DNA from: an uncultured Bacteroidota bacterium
GTDB taxonomy: Bacteria; Bacteroidota; Bacteroidia; AKYH767-A; OLB10
Length of the DNA stretch: 64,000 nucleotides
Direction of reading: 5' to 3'
Assembly (NCBI GenBank): GCA_903881665.1
Contig: CAIRUC010000111.1
Coordinates: forward strand, 4,815-68,814
In this document: positions 9,508 through 19,182 of the stretch, piece by piece
Position numbering within the stretch: the stretch's first letter is position 1
How the letters are laid out: each line of letters begins with the position of its first letter
Notes under the pieces: model-generated
What the model saw: the letters and a program-made list of their open reading frames with translations, nothing else
The model's database searches: none
What the model was told of the DNA's origin: nothing
Program-made: the position numbers and the translations under genes

Positions 9508-9718
9508 TTGGATTTTGGATTTCGCGAAGCGGATAGCGAGATCATTTTTGAATATAAATAAGGGTGGAGTAAAGAATTTTGGTTTGGATGGGGAGTATGA
9601 AAAAAAAAGGTTCATAGTTCTTGGTTCATGGTTCGCGAAGCGGGCGGCGAGATGTTAGCTTAAGCTGTTTAAAGTTTACGATTTAGTGTTTATGGTTCGC
9701 GAAGCGGATAGCGAAATT
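9508..9718 (+). repeat. Three copies of the heptad-lead-in/GCGAAGC intergenic repeat (subfamily GCGAAGCG-N4-GCGAGAT)
   Basis: The copies are gattttg gatttcg cGAAGCggatagcgagat (core 9524-9530), ggttcat agttctt ggttcat ggttcGC GAAGCgggcggcgagat (core 9635-9641) and tttacga tttagtg tttatgg ttcGCGA AGCggatagcgaaat (core 9699-9705). Confidence 0.8.
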
Positions 9719-9839
9719 TAGATAGAAATAAAAAATTTCTAAGCCGCCCTTAATACTAGCTTTGCTCCTTAATCCCGAGCTTAGTACCGCATTTCCAAAT
9801 TTTCAAATCGCCCCATTTTCACATTTTCAAATCGGCAAA

Positions 9840-10619
9840 TTACTTCACCATCGCCAGCGGATGCGCTACGCCTTTGTAATCCGATAAGTCCATCTTTATA
9901 GATCCAACCATAATTTCAGCTTCTGCTCGTATTGGAATTCGGTTTTTGTCGTCGCTTATCCAAATAACCATTCCCTCTTTTTCTTTGAATACACGACCTT
10001 CTAGTAAAAAAGGCTTGAATTTAATACACTTGAATTTTCCTTTCTTCGTTTTGATGGTTTCCTTTCCAATGTATTTAATAACTAATGGGAAAGTCTCATC
10101 GTCGAGGTAGGTGTTAATTAAGAATGTGTCGCCGGGCGCTGCATTGTTAAAGTCGATGGTTCTTGCATAGTAAAAGGCCGATATTAAATCCTGAACATGT
10201 CCCGGAGTCTTAATCGTTTTCTTTTCACTTGTTGCCGTACTTTTGTAGTGATTAAAGATTACATTCTGATTTTTCGTATAGCTTCCTTCTTCTACGTTTC
10301 GTATAAATAACCATGGAACCATAGCGTCGCTGTCGATGTAACTTTCATAACGATCGCGAACTTTAAAAAACCAATCAAATGCACCTAACGAACGGCCGGT
10401 GCCTGTTACTTTAAAACAATTTCGGGTTCCTATGGATTTCATTTCGGGAGCAACAGTTAAAACTGCTTCTCCGGCATCCATGAACCCGTAATGTATTCTG
10501 TATTTTAATTCTTCCCCTAATTGAAATGCATCTTGGGTTACTTTGCGTAGATTTTGCGAATATGCGTTGCTAATAGCACTTAAAAAAATTAATAAGGTTA
10601 TTCGGATGATTGCTTTCAT
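9840..10619 (-). CDS. DUF3108-like secreted protein
   Basis: The 259-aa ORF has signal peptide MKAIIRITLLIFLSAISNAYSQ and the pattern GEELKYRIHYGFMDAGEAVLTV typical of DUF3108. It has an ATGA overlap with scpB. Confidence 0.65.
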   Translation of the reverse strand: MKAIIRITLLIFLSAISNAYSQNLRKVTQDAFQLGEELKYRIHYGFMDAGEAVLTVAPEMKSIGTRNCFKVTGTGRSLGAFDWFFKVRDRYESYIDSDAMVPWLFIRNVEEGSYTKNQNVIFNHYKSTATSEKKTIKTPGHVQDLISAFYYARTIDFNNAAPGDTFLINTYLDDETFPLVIKYIGKETIKTKKGKFKCIKFKPFLLEGRVFKEKEGMVIWISDDKNRIPIRAEAEIMVGSIKMDLSDYKGVAHPLAMVK

Positions 10620-11335
10620 TGTGCATTGGGGTCTAAGTCGATTTCCCCTGTTTGCAAATCCTGAGCCAAATTTTCGGTTTCTTTGCTTGAAGGGCTCTCA
10701 ATATATGTTATGAGATCGTTTTCAATGTTTTTTATTCCTGGAGCAAGGTCAATTGGAATGTCCATTGTGTCCATTAAGTCAGCCGGAGTACCTATTTCAT
10801 TGTCTGCAATATGTAAATCTTTCAACTTTGGAAGGTCTTTTACCGATTTAAGCCCGAAGTGATCCATAAAGTTCTTGCTAGTGCCATATAACAAAGGTTT
10901 CCCCGGACCATCGCCTTTTCCGTTAATCACTATCAATTCTTTTTCAAGCAACTTCTGAATAGAATAGTCGCAGTTTACTCCTCGAATATGTTCAATCTCC
11001 GACTTCGATAACGGTTGCTTATAAGCTATTATTGCTAACGTTTCGAGTGCAGCAGTTGATAGTCTTCTCTTCGCTTTAATCTGCAAAAGTGTATTCACTA
11101 CATTGTGGTATTCTTTCTTCGAGAGGAATTGATATCCTTCAGCGATCTCTACTAACTCAAAAGCAAATCGCTCGTCGCTGAATTTTTCTTTAAGTGTTTC
11201 GATGATTTCTTTTAGTTCGTCTTTCTTCAGCTCCCAACCATAAGCCGTATTTAAGCAATTGATAATATCGTCGCCCGTTACCGGTGATTCCGCAGTGAAG
11301 ATTAATGCTTCTATATGTTGCTCTAGTAATTGCAT
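10616..11335 (-). CDS. scpB: Segregation and condensation protein B
   Basis: IEALIFTAESPV...LSTAALETLAIIAYKQPLSKSEIEHIRGVN matches ScpB winged-helix motifs. Confidence 0.9.
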   Translation of the reverse strand: MQLLEQHIEALIFTAESPVTGDDIINCLNTAYGWELKKDELKEIIETLKEKFSDERFAFELVEIAEGYQFLSKKEYHNVVNTLLQIKAKRRLSTAALETLAIIAYKQPLSKSEIEHIRGVNCDYSIQKLLEKELIVINGKGDGPGKPLLYGTSKNFMDHFGLKSVKDLPKLKDLHIADNEIGTPADLMDTMDIPIDLAPGIKNIENDLITYIESPSSKETENLAQDLQTGEIDLDPNAQ

Positions 11336-11363
11336 GTGAATAGGTATTGTATTAAGATTTTAA

Positions 11364-14186
11364 TCAAATAACGATGTTAACGATTCGTCCGGGAACCACG
11401 ATGAGTTTCTTAGGCGCTTCTTGCATGAATTTCTTTACTTCATCCGATGTTAATACCGCTTGTTCTATTTCTTCTTTGCTTAGTTGCAATGATAATTTTA
11501 TTTTTATTTTTACTTTTCCGTTGATCGATACCGGATACTCGAATTCGTTTTCTGTCAAGAATTCTTCTTTCCACTGTGGGAATGTTGCTCCTGTTACGCT
11601 TTCTGAATTTCCTAACTGCTCCCAAAGTTCTTCTGCGAAATGCGGCGCATAAGGACTCAAGATGATCATCAATGGTTCTAGTATCGCACGCTTATTGCAT
11701 TTTAAGTCGGTTAGTTCATTTACACATATCATAAAGTTACTGATAGTTGTGTTAAATGAAAAACGTTCTACGTCTTCTTCTACTTTTTTAATAGTCTTAT
11801 GAAGCGTTTTTAATTCTGCTTTTGTAGGCTCGTCATTGCTTACGTTGAAGTTATTGTCTTTGTCGTGGAAGAGTCTCCATAGTCTACGAAGGAAGTTGTG
11901 AACTCCACTAATGCCTTGCGTGCTCCATGGCTTGCTTTGCTCCAACGGACCAAGGAACATTTCATATAAACGTAATGTATCGGCACCGTATTCTTCAATA
12001 ATATCATCAGGAGTAACTACGTTGAATTTACTCTTCGACATTTTTTCGACTTCGTTACCTACTTTGTATTTGCCGTCTTCTAAAATGAATTCTGCATTCG
12101 CAAAATCTTCTCTCCAAACTTTAAACTGTTCAATGTTTAGTTCATTGTTTGGAGCAATCGATATATCAACATGTAATGCTGTTGTTTGATATTGATTTTT
12201 TAATCCCGCCGATACAAATTTGTTGGTTCCGTTAATGCGGTATACAAATGAACTCACTCCTTGAATCATTCCTTGGTTGATGAGCTTTTGTGCAGGCTCA
12301 TTCATTGGGATGATTCCTAAGTCGTAAAGGAATTTTGTCCAGAAGCGTACGTACAACAAGTGCCCCGTCGCATGCTCTGATCCTCCTAAGTAAAAGTCGA
12401 CATTCTTCCAGTATCCAACAGCTTCTTTCGATACAAGTTCTTTGTCGTTCTTTGCATCCATATAGCGCAAGAAGTACCAGCTAGATCCTGCCCATCCCGG
12501 CATCGTTGTAGCTTCGTATTCATATTCGCCTTTGTACTTCCAATCTTTTGCTCTCGCCAATGGTGGCTCTCCCGATTCTGTTGGTTGATACTTGTCGATT
12601 TCAGGTAATATCAATGGCAACTCGCTCGCGTCTAACGTTTGCGGTATACCGTCTTTATAGTAAACAGGAATAGGTTCACCCCAATAACGTTGTCGTCCGA
12701 AGGCAGCATCGCGTAAGCGATAGTTTGTTCTTCCTTGTCCTATTTTCTTGTTTTCTATTTCACTAATCGCAGCGGTGATGGCTGCTTTTACTTCTTTTCC
12801 GTCTAAGAATCCGGAGTTGATTAATGTCCCGTATTTCTCGTCGTACGATGCTGTTTCATATCCTTCATGTGCTTTGTCGGCAGGTGCTTCTATCACTTGA
12901 AGGAAAGGAGAGCGTCCGAGTTGTTCGGTAAGCTGCGATTCAAAATATTTTGCAAAGCCATAGTCGCGGCTATCGTGTGCAGGTACTGCCATAACAGCTC
13001 CTGTTCCGTATCCCGCTAAAACATAATCTCCTATCCACACCGGAATTTTAGCTCCCGTAAACGGATGTATAACATAAGCTCCCGTGAATTGTCCTGATAT
13101 GCGTTTTACGTCCGCCATTCTTTCACGTTCACTTCTATTCTTCGCCATGGTTACGTATTCGTCAACCGAATTTCGGTACTCCGCTACCGTTACCTTGTTC
13201 ACTAACTCATGCTCAGGAGCAAGCGTCACAAATGAAACTCCGAAAATGGTATCAGGACGAGTAGTAAATACTTCAATCGTTTCTTCTCTTCCGTCTAATT
13301 GAAAGATGATAGAAGTACCTTCACTTTTCCCGATCCAATTGCGTTGCGCTTCTTTTATCGACTCCGACCAATCGAGACTTTCGAGGTCAGTTAATAGTCT
13401 GTCGGCATAAGCCGTAATACGCAAACTCCATTGTGGCATCTGCTTACGCTCTACGGGATATCCGCCGCGCTCGCTTACTCCGTCTTTTACTTCATCGTTG
13501 GCAAGTACTGTACCTAAGGCAGGACACCAATTCACCCACGCTTCGCTCAAATAAGCTAAGCGGAAATTCAATAGGATGTCTGATTTCTTTTTCTCTGAAA
13601 AACTATTCCATTTTTCAGCAGAAAACGATCCTACTTCTTGCTCGATATCTCCGGTGAGGTATTGAGGCAATGAACATTGAAGACCTTCTTTCTCGAAAGT
13701 TGCAATGAGTTGAGAGATAGGTTCAGCTTTCTGAGAAACGTTGTTGTACCAGCTATGAAAAAGTTGAATAAAGATCCATTGCGTCCATTTATAATATTCC
13801 GGTTCGCAAGTACGTACTTCTCTCGACCAGTCGAAGCAAAATCCGATTTTGTCGAGTTGTTCGCGGTATCTCTTAATATTTTGTTCTGTAGTAACTTTAG
13901 GATGTTGTCCTGTTTGAATAGCATACTGCTCGGCAGGTAATCCAAAAGCATCGTAGCCCATAGGATGTAAAACATTAAAGCCTTTCAGGCGCTTGTAGCG
14001 CGAAACGATATCGGAAGCGATATATCCCAAAGGGTGTCCCACATGTAATCCGGCCCCTGAAGGGTAAGGGAACATGTCGAGCACATAATACTTCTCGCGA
14101 GAAGTATCAATCTCTGTTTTATAGGTGCGGCGTTTTCTCCATTCGTCCTGCCACTTCGCTTCAATAGCACTGAAATTATACTCCAT
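11364..14186 (-). CDS. leuS: Leucine--tRNA ligase
   Basis: Class I synthetase signatures HVGHPLGY (HIGH) and KMSKSK (KMSKS) are present, and the length is about 940 aa. The probable start is [13 protein letters not shown], three codons inside the ORF-track start. Confidence 0.97.
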   Translation of the reverse strand: MEYNFSAIEAKWQDEWRKRRTYKTEIDTSREKYYVLDMFPYPSGAGLHVGHPLGYIASDIVSRYKRLKGFNVLHPMGYDAFGLPAEQYAIQTGQHPKVTTEQNIKRYREQLDKIGFCFDWSREVRTCEPEYYKWTQWIFIQLFHSWYNNVSQKAEPISQLIATFEKEGLQCSLPQYLTGDIEQEVGSFSAEKWNSFSEKKKSDILLNFRLAYLSEAWVNWCPALGTVLANDEVKDGVSERGGYPVERKQMPQWSLRITAYADRLLTDLESLDWSESIKEAQRNWIGKSEGTSIIFQLDGREETIEVFTTRPDTIFGVSFVTLAPEHELVNKVTVAEYRNSVDEYVTMAKNRSERERMADVKRISGQFTGAYVIHPFTGAKIPVWIGDYVLAGYGTGAVMAVPAHDSRDYGFAKYFESQLTEQLGRSPFLQVIEAPADKAHEGYETASYDEKYGTLINSGFLDGKEVKAAITAAISEIENKKIGQGRTNYRLRDAAFGRQRYWGEPIPVYYKDGIPQTLDASELPLILPEIDKYQPTESGEPPLARAKDWKYKGEYEYEATTMPGWAGSSWYFLRYMDAKNDKELVSKEAVGYWKNVDFYLGGSEHATGHLLYVRFWTKFLYDLGIIPMNEPAQKLINQGMIQGVSSFVYRINGTNKFVSAGLKNQYQTTALHVDISIAPNNELNIEQFKVWREDFANAEFILEDGKYKVGNEVEKMSKSKFNVVTPDDIIEEYGADTLRLYEMFLGPLEQSKPWSTQGISGVHNFLRRLWRLFHDKDNNFNVSNDEPTKAELKTLHKTIKKVEEDVERFSFNTTISNFMICVNELTDLKCNKRAILEPLMIILSPYAPHFAEELWEQLGNSESVTGATFPQWKEEFLTENEFEYPVSINGKVKIKIKLSLQLSKEEIEQAVLTSDEVKKFMQEAPKKLIVVPGRIVNIVI

Positions 14187-14353
14187 AATAAACATTTAAA
14201 TAGGGAGCACGAAGGTAACAAAAATGAAAGGTAGGTAAAGAGGTGATCGGTCAAGATTGGCAAAAAAATGGTTCAGAAGATTATCAAATGATGAAATTTG
14301 TCTATTCGGGCTACTCATTTCACTGTAAAATAGGTTTTTCGGGTCGCTGTAAT

Positions 14354-14361
14354 TACTTTTG
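14354..14361 (+). promoter_or_regulatory. Bacteroidota -7 box TACTTTTG (TAnnTTTG) upstream of ftsX
   Basis: Exact match to the consensus, 15 nt before the ATG at 14376. Confidence 0.4.
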
Positions 14362-14375
14362 CCCGCATTCACGGT

Positions 14376-15248
14376 ATGACAGAAGAAAAAAGCTTAGTAC
14401 GTAAATCCCGTCGCTCGTCGCGGTTATCTACTATCGTCAGCATTACATTAGTCTTGTTCCTGTTGGGTACATTAAGTGTTTTGTTGTTGCATGCTAATAA
14501 GTTATCAGATTATCTGAAAGAGAATATTGAAATCTCTTTAGTTATTCAGCCTGATGCCGATAGCTTGACTGTTAATGAGTTATATCAAAGAGTGAAGTCA
14601 ACAAATTATGTGAAAGAAGTTACTTTGATCAGTAAAGAGCAGGCAGCAGGAGAATTAAAGAAAGAATTAGGCGAAGACTTCGTTACATTTTTAGGGTACA
14701 ACCCTTTGTATCCGAGCATCAATATCCGATTACGTAGTGATTTTGCCGACACCCAAACGATTGAAAGTTTTATCAGCTCGGTGAAGTCGAATCCCGCAGT
14801 TAGAGAAGTGCAATACCAAGCTTCTTTAGTAGAAAGTTTAAACAGAAATGTAAAGACGATTTCATGGATACTAGTCGGATTTAGCATTTTATTAACCTTA
14901 GTTGCGGTTGCGTTGATCAATAATACGATCAGGATTTCGTTATATGCGAAGCGTCTGCTCATAAAAAGTATGTTGTTGGTAGGAGCTAACAAAGGATTTA
15001 TACGTAAGCCCTTCTTGATTAACAGTTTGGTAAATGGAATTATTGGGGCGTTAGCGGCAATCGGCTTATTAACGGCATTATTTTATTTCGGAGAACAAAA
15101 AATTCCGGAGTTATCCCTCATACGCGACATGCAGTTGATGGGAATAGTAGCAGGATTATTAGTGTTTCTTGGAATATTCCTTTCATTGATTTGTACCTTG
15201 TTTGCGGTGAATAAGTACCTTCGCTACCGGACAGTAGATCTATATTAA
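14376..15248 (+). CDS. ftsX: Cell-division permease-like protein FtsX
   Basis: 290 aa. An N-terminal TM segment, a periplasmic domain and three C-terminal TM segments give FtsX-like topology. No ftsE is adjacent. Confidence 0.8.
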   Translation: MTEEKSLVRKSRRSSRLSTIVSITLVLFLLGTLSVLLLHANKLSDYLKENIEISLVIQPDADSLTVNELYQRVKSTNYVKEVTLISKEQAAGELKKELGEDFVTFLGYNPLYPSINIRLRSDFADTQTIESFISSVKSNPAVREVQYQASLVESLNRNVKTISWILVGFSILLTLVAVALINNTIRISLYAKRLLIKSMLLVGANKGFIRKPFLINSLVNGIIGALAAIGLLTALFYFGEQKIPELSLIRDMQLMGIVAGLLVFLGIFLSLICTLFAVNKYLRYRTVDLY

Positions 15249-15251
15249 ACT

Positions 15252-15527
15252 ATGGCAAAATCAGTAGTTGACAAAAAAGTGGCGACGAAAGAAGCTCCGC
15301 TAACAGATAAAGCAGACTTCGCTTTCGGAAAAGAAAATTACCGCTTATTTATTGCGGCAATTGTTGTAATTATTGTTGGATATGCATTAATGTCGGGAGG
15401 TAAAACTACCGATCCTAAAATTTTCAACGAAGAAATATTTAGCTTCCGCAGAATTACTTTGGCTCCGATTGTTGTGTTGGCAGGCTATGTGTTAGGAGTT
15501 TACGCCATCGTAAAAAAGGCTGACTAA
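15252..15527 (+). CDS. Small two-TM membrane protein (DUF3098-like)
   Basis: 91 aa with two hydrophobic helices. It holds the conserved position between ftsX and uppP seen in Bacteroidota. Confidence 0.6.
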   Translation: MAKSVVDKKVATKEAPLTDKADFAFGKENYRLFIAAIVVIIVGYALMSGGKTTDPKIFNEEIFSFRRITLAPIVVLAGYVLGVYAIVKKAD

Positions 15528-15533
15528 AATAGC

Positions 15534-16343
15534 ATGAAATTATTTGAAGCAATTATTCTTGCTATTGTAGAAGGAATCACCGAATTTTTACCGGTATCTT
15601 CTACTGGGCATATGATTATTGCCTCTTCTTTAATGGGGATTGCGGAAGATCCTTTTACGAAAGCATTTACGGTAGCAATTCAGTTAGGTGCTATTTTCTC
15701 GGTGGTAGTGCTATACTACAAAAAGTTTTTTCAGTCGATGAGCTTCTATTATAAATTGTTTGCGGCATTTATACCTGCAGCAATATTAGGTAAGTTGCTC
15801 GACGATTTTATAGATTCGTTGTTAGGTAATGTCTTAGTTGTTGGTATTACGCTTTTTGCTGGTGGAGTAATTTTGATTTTTATCGACATGTTATTTAATA
15901 ATAATCAAAATATCGATAGTGTAGAAGATATCAGTTATTCGAATGCTGTAAAAATTGGGTTGTTTCAATGTGTCGCTATGATTCCAGGAGTATCGCGATC
16001 GGCAGCAACAATTATAGGAGGGATGGCGCAAAAGCTCAGTCGTAAAACAGCCGCCGAATTCTCTTTCTTTTTAGCAGTGCCTACCATGTTTGCAGCTACT
16101 GCTTATAAGCTGTATAAGTTTTATAAAACAATGGAAGTAGCAGGAACTGGCTTTAATAAAAATGAGTTAATTTGCCTTGGAGTAGGAAATATTGTTGCCT
16201 TTTTAGTGGCACTTTTAGCTATAAAATCATTTATTACATTCCTTACTAATCACGGTTTTAGATTATTCGGATACTATCGTGTAGTTGTGGGGATTGTTAT
16301 CATTATTCTATATATTGCAGGAGTCGATTTAAAAATTCTTTAA
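15534..16343 (+). CDS. uppP: Undecaprenyl-diphosphate phosphatase
   Basis: [14 protein letters not shown] and [10 protein letters not shown] are BacA/UppP signature motifs. Confidence 0.95.
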   Translation: MKLFEAIILAIVEGITEFLPVSSTGHMIIASSLMGIAEDPFTKAFTVAIQLGAIFSVVVLYYKKFFQSMSFYYKLFAAFIPAAILGKLLDDFIDSLLGNVLVVGITLFAGGVILIFIDMLFNNNQNIDSVEDISYSNAVKIGLFQCVAMIPGVSRSAATIIGGMAQKLSRKTAAEFSFFLAVPTMFAATAYKLYKFYKTMEVAGTGFNKNELICLGVGNIVAFLVALLAIKSFITFLTNHGFRLFGYYRVVVGIVIIILYIAGVDLKIL

Positions 16344-16344
16344 A

Positions 16345-17028
16345 ATGGTAACTCCTCCTCCTGTTGGTGATCTGGGTGAAGTCATTCCGGTGAACAAGCC
16401 GCTTACTTGGACTTCTTTCGATGTTGTAAAAAAGCTCAAAGGCATAATAAAAGCAAAGAAAATCGGGCATGCAGGAACGTTAGATCCATTAGCTACCGGA
16501 TTGTTAGTTATTTGTACAGGGAAAAAGACGAAAACAATATCACTTATACAAGAAGCTGAAAAGGAATATATTGGTACATTTTACCTTGGAGCTACTACAC
16601 CCTCGTTCGATAAAGAAACGGAACATGACCATGTTTTTCCAATCGGTCATATTACCCGTGAAATGGTAGATGAAGCAGTTTCTCGATTAACGGGTCCTAT
16701 TATGCAAGTTCCTCCCATGCATTCTGCAGTTAAGAAAGATGGAAAAAGAGCTTATGAAATTGCCCGAAAAGGAGAAACTGTTGAGTTAGCCGCTAAGCCT
16801 GTTGTGATTAAAGAATTTGAGATAACGGGCTTCCAATTACCTGAAATTCACTTCAGAATTGTATGTACGAAAGGAACCTATATTCGATCTTTAGCCCGCG
16901 ATTTGGGCTTGCTTTTGAATAATGGAGCATACTTAACTTCACTTTGCAGAACACGAATTGGCGCCTACAAACTTTCAGAAGCATTTGAAATAGAAGATAT
17001 TAGATCGAAATACAATGACGATTTATAG
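16345..17028 (+). CDS. truB: tRNA pseudouridine(55) synthase
   Basis: KIGHAGTLDPLATGLL is the catalytic Asp motif, and the C-terminal part is TruB-like. Confidence 0.95.
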   Translation: MVTPPPVGDLGEVIPVNKPLTWTSFDVVKKLKGIIKAKKIGHAGTLDPLATGLLVICTGKKTKTISLIQEAEKEYIGTFYLGATTPSFDKETEHDHVFPIGHITREMVDEAVSRLTGPIMQVPPMHSAVKKDGKRAYEIARKGETVELAAKPVVIKEFEITGFQLPEIHFRIVCTKGTYIRSLARDLGLLLNNGAYLTSLCRTRIGAYKLSEAFEIEDIRSKYNDDL

Positions 17029-17149
17029 GTCAATGCCGCTCTTTTCTTAACTATTTGATTATTAACATACTGCCTATAAATAAAGTTTTTATTGATTGAT
17101 TAACAGCTTGTTGTAAGCAGTGTTTTAGTATTCACCCCTCTTAATGACG

Positions 17150-17157
17150 TATCTTTG
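17150..17157 (+). promoter_or_regulatory. -7 box TATCTTTG upstream of queA, implying a ~90-nt leader
   Basis: Exact TAnnTTTG match, 94 nt before the ATG at 17251. Confidence 0.35.
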
Positions 17158-17250
17158 CCCTCCTTAAATGGTTAATTTCTTGTAAATTAATCATTGGCAT
17201 TACTGCAGAAACGTTCGGCAGAAAATAACCCCTAAAAGCCCGTAAGCTGT

Positions 17251-18303
17251 ATGAAATTATCTCAGTTTAAGTTTACCTTCAATGAGAAGTTGCTTGCTAC
17301 TCACCCGACTCCCAATAGAGATGAGTCACGATTAATGGTGGTACACCGCACAACCGGTAAAATTGAGCACAAAGTTTTTAAAGACATTATTGATTATTTC
17401 GATGATGGCGATGTATTAGTATTAAACAATACAAAAGTATTTCCTGCGAGATTGTATGGGAACAAAGAAAAGACCGGTGCTAAAATCGAGGTTTTCTTGT
17501 TGCGCGAGTTGAATGCAGAAAGTAAGCTTTGGGATGTTTTAGTGGATCCCGCAAGAAAAATCCGTATCGGTAATAAGTTATATTTCGGCGACGACGATAT
17601 GTTGGTAGCAGAGGTAATCGATAATACGACTTCAAGAGGAAGAACATTACGTTTCTTATTCGATGGTACTTCTGAAGAGTTCCGTGCAGTGATTGAGCAA
17701 CTCGGACAAACTCCACTTCCTAAATACATTAAACGCAAGGCTGAAAATGCCGATAAAGATCGTTACCAAACGGTTTATGCGCGTAATGAAGGAGCTGTTG
17801 CCGCACCTACTGCAGGATTGCACTTTAGTCGCGAATTATTAAAACGCTTAGAGTTAAAAGGATGTAACTTGGCAGAGGTAACTCTTCACGTAGGATTGGG
17901 AACATTTCGCCCTGTAGAAGTAGAAGATCTTACCAAACACAAAATGGATTCCGAACAATTCTCAATTGATCAAGAAGCCGTTGACGTGGTTAATAAAGCA
18001 AAAGCAGCGAAGAAAAATATCTGCGCTGTTGGTACCACTTCAATGCGTTGTATCGAGACATCGGTATCAACCATGGGTGAATTAAAGCCAAATGCAGGAT
18101 GGACAAACAAGTTCATCTTTCCTCCATACGATTTCAGTATCGCTAATATGATGATCACAAATTTCCATATGCCTGAATCAACATTGTTGATGATGACCAC
18201 GGCTTTTGGAGGTTATGATTTAATCATGGAAGCCTATCGCGTGGCACAAAAAGAAAAATATCGATTTTACAGCTATGGCGATGCCATGTTGATTTTAGAT
18301 TAA
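17251..18303 (+). CDS. queA: S-adenosylmethionine:tRNA ribosyltransferase-isomerase
   Basis: [19 protein letters not shown]...[18 protein letters not shown] and [10 protein letters not shown] are QueA hallmarks. Confidence 0.97.
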   Translation: MKLSQFKFTFNEKLLATHPTPNRDESRLMVVHRTTGKIEHKVFKDIIDYFDDGDVLVLNNTKVFPARLYGNKEKTGAKIEVFLLRELNAESKLWDVLVDPARKIRIGNKLYFGDDDMLVAEVIDNTTSRGRTLRFLFDGTSEEFRAVIEQLGQTPLPKYIKRKAENADKDRYQTVYARNEGAVAAPTAGLHFSRELLKRLELKGCNLAEVTLHVGLGTFRPVEVEDLTKHKMDSEQFSIDQEAVDVVNKAKAAKKNICAVGTTSMRCIETSVSTMGELKPNAGWTNKFIFPPYDFSIANMMITNFHMPESTLLMMTTAFGGYDLIMEAYRVAQKEKYRFYSYGDAMLILD

Positions 18304-18965
18304 TGAGAAAAATAGCCATAATCGTTGCTGGTGGGCAGGGTATCCGAATGAAGGGTTCCCTGCCCAAGCAGTTTTTAGCCATTTCGGGTGAGCCCGTACT
18401 TTTTCATACGTTGCGCAAATTCAATCACGATGGCATTCGTATCATTTTAGTGATGAATGAAGAGTGGATTGACTATTGGAATGATCTAGTCAGAGAGTTT
18501 GAATTTGAAGTTTATCATGACGTTGTTGCAGGTGGGGCTAGTAGAGCATTATCGGTGTTAAATGGATTGCAGCTAATCGACGACCATTCTTTAGTTGCGG
18601 TACATGATGCTGTTCGTCCGCTAGTAACAGAAAGCTTAATTCAAGAGCTCTATAGCCAGGCCGAAATAAACAAAGCAGTAATTCCGGTTGTGGCAGTAAA
18701 GGATAGTTTGCGTATTGTTGATGGGATTATCAGTAAGGCCGTATCCCGCAATAACTTTCGTGCCGTTCAAACGCCTCAGGTTTTTCATTCCGCACTTCTT
18801 AAAGAAGCGTTTATGCAGGAAGGGTTTGAAGGTTTTACAGATGAAGCGTCGCTTGTTGAATCCTACGGGCATACAATTCATCTCATAAATGGTGAAGATT
18901 TTAATATTAAAATTACCGTTCCAGCCGACTTTGTTTTTGCAGAAGCTATTTTATTGCAGCAGTAA
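18303..18965 (+). CDS. ispD: 2-C-methyl-D-erythritol 4-phosphate cytidylyltransferase
   Basis: AIIVAGGQGIRM...PKQF and VHDAVRP are IspD motifs. It has a TAATG overlap with queA. Confidence 0.92.
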   Translation: MRKIAIIVAGGQGIRMKGSLPKQFLAISGEPVLFHTLRKFNHDGIRIILVMNEEWIDYWNDLVREFEFEVYHDVVAGGASRALSVLNGLQLIDDHSLVAVHDAVRPLVTESLIQELYSQAEINKAVIPVVAVKDSLRIVDGIISKAVSRNNFRAVQTPQVFHSALLKEAFMQEGFEGFTDEASLVESYGHTIHLINGEDFNIKITVPADFVFAEAILLQQ

Positions 18966-19182
18966 GAATCTCTCCTTTAAAGCAATTTTCCATCTCGTTT
19001 TGCGTCTTATCTTTAGAAAGGACAATTTGTATATGTAAGCCGAATAATTCATATACTTTCATGAATTAATAATGTGTATTGTGCGTAGCTATACGTTGCT
19101 ACGACTATTAACATAAGTTTGTGTAAATTGATTTGCTTTCGGTGTGTTTTAACTATTAGGAAAAAGGTATTATTGTAAAATC

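Noticed and set aside
9508-9718. A CRISPR array, because GCGAAGCG-containing repeats are spaced 60-110 nt apart (also at 42514-42676)
   Set aside because: The conserved core is only about 20 nt. Spacing is irregular and the supposed spacers share sequence with each other. There are only 2-3 units per locus, and no cas genes or leader are present in the window.
9799-9834. 12-nt direct repeat ATTTTCAAATCG x2 just downstream of the DUF3108 gene stop
   Set aside because: It is short and AT-rich with only two copies, and I saw no counterpart elsewhere in the window. It is probably fortuitous or a local duplication.
13631-13975. Several 70-130-aa ORFs inside or antisense to leuS, ftsX, queA, the S11 peptidase, the S9 peptidase, pgk, recQ and kdsD
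   Set aside because: All are fully contained within strongly supported genes, in other frames or on the other strand. None has a recognisable motif.
17029-17250. A preQ1 or other riboswitch in the long queA leader; also FMN upstream of ribE and cobalamin upstream of 53537
   Set aside because: I could not find the conserved cores of these riboswitch classes by eye. This needs cmscan for a definitive answer.
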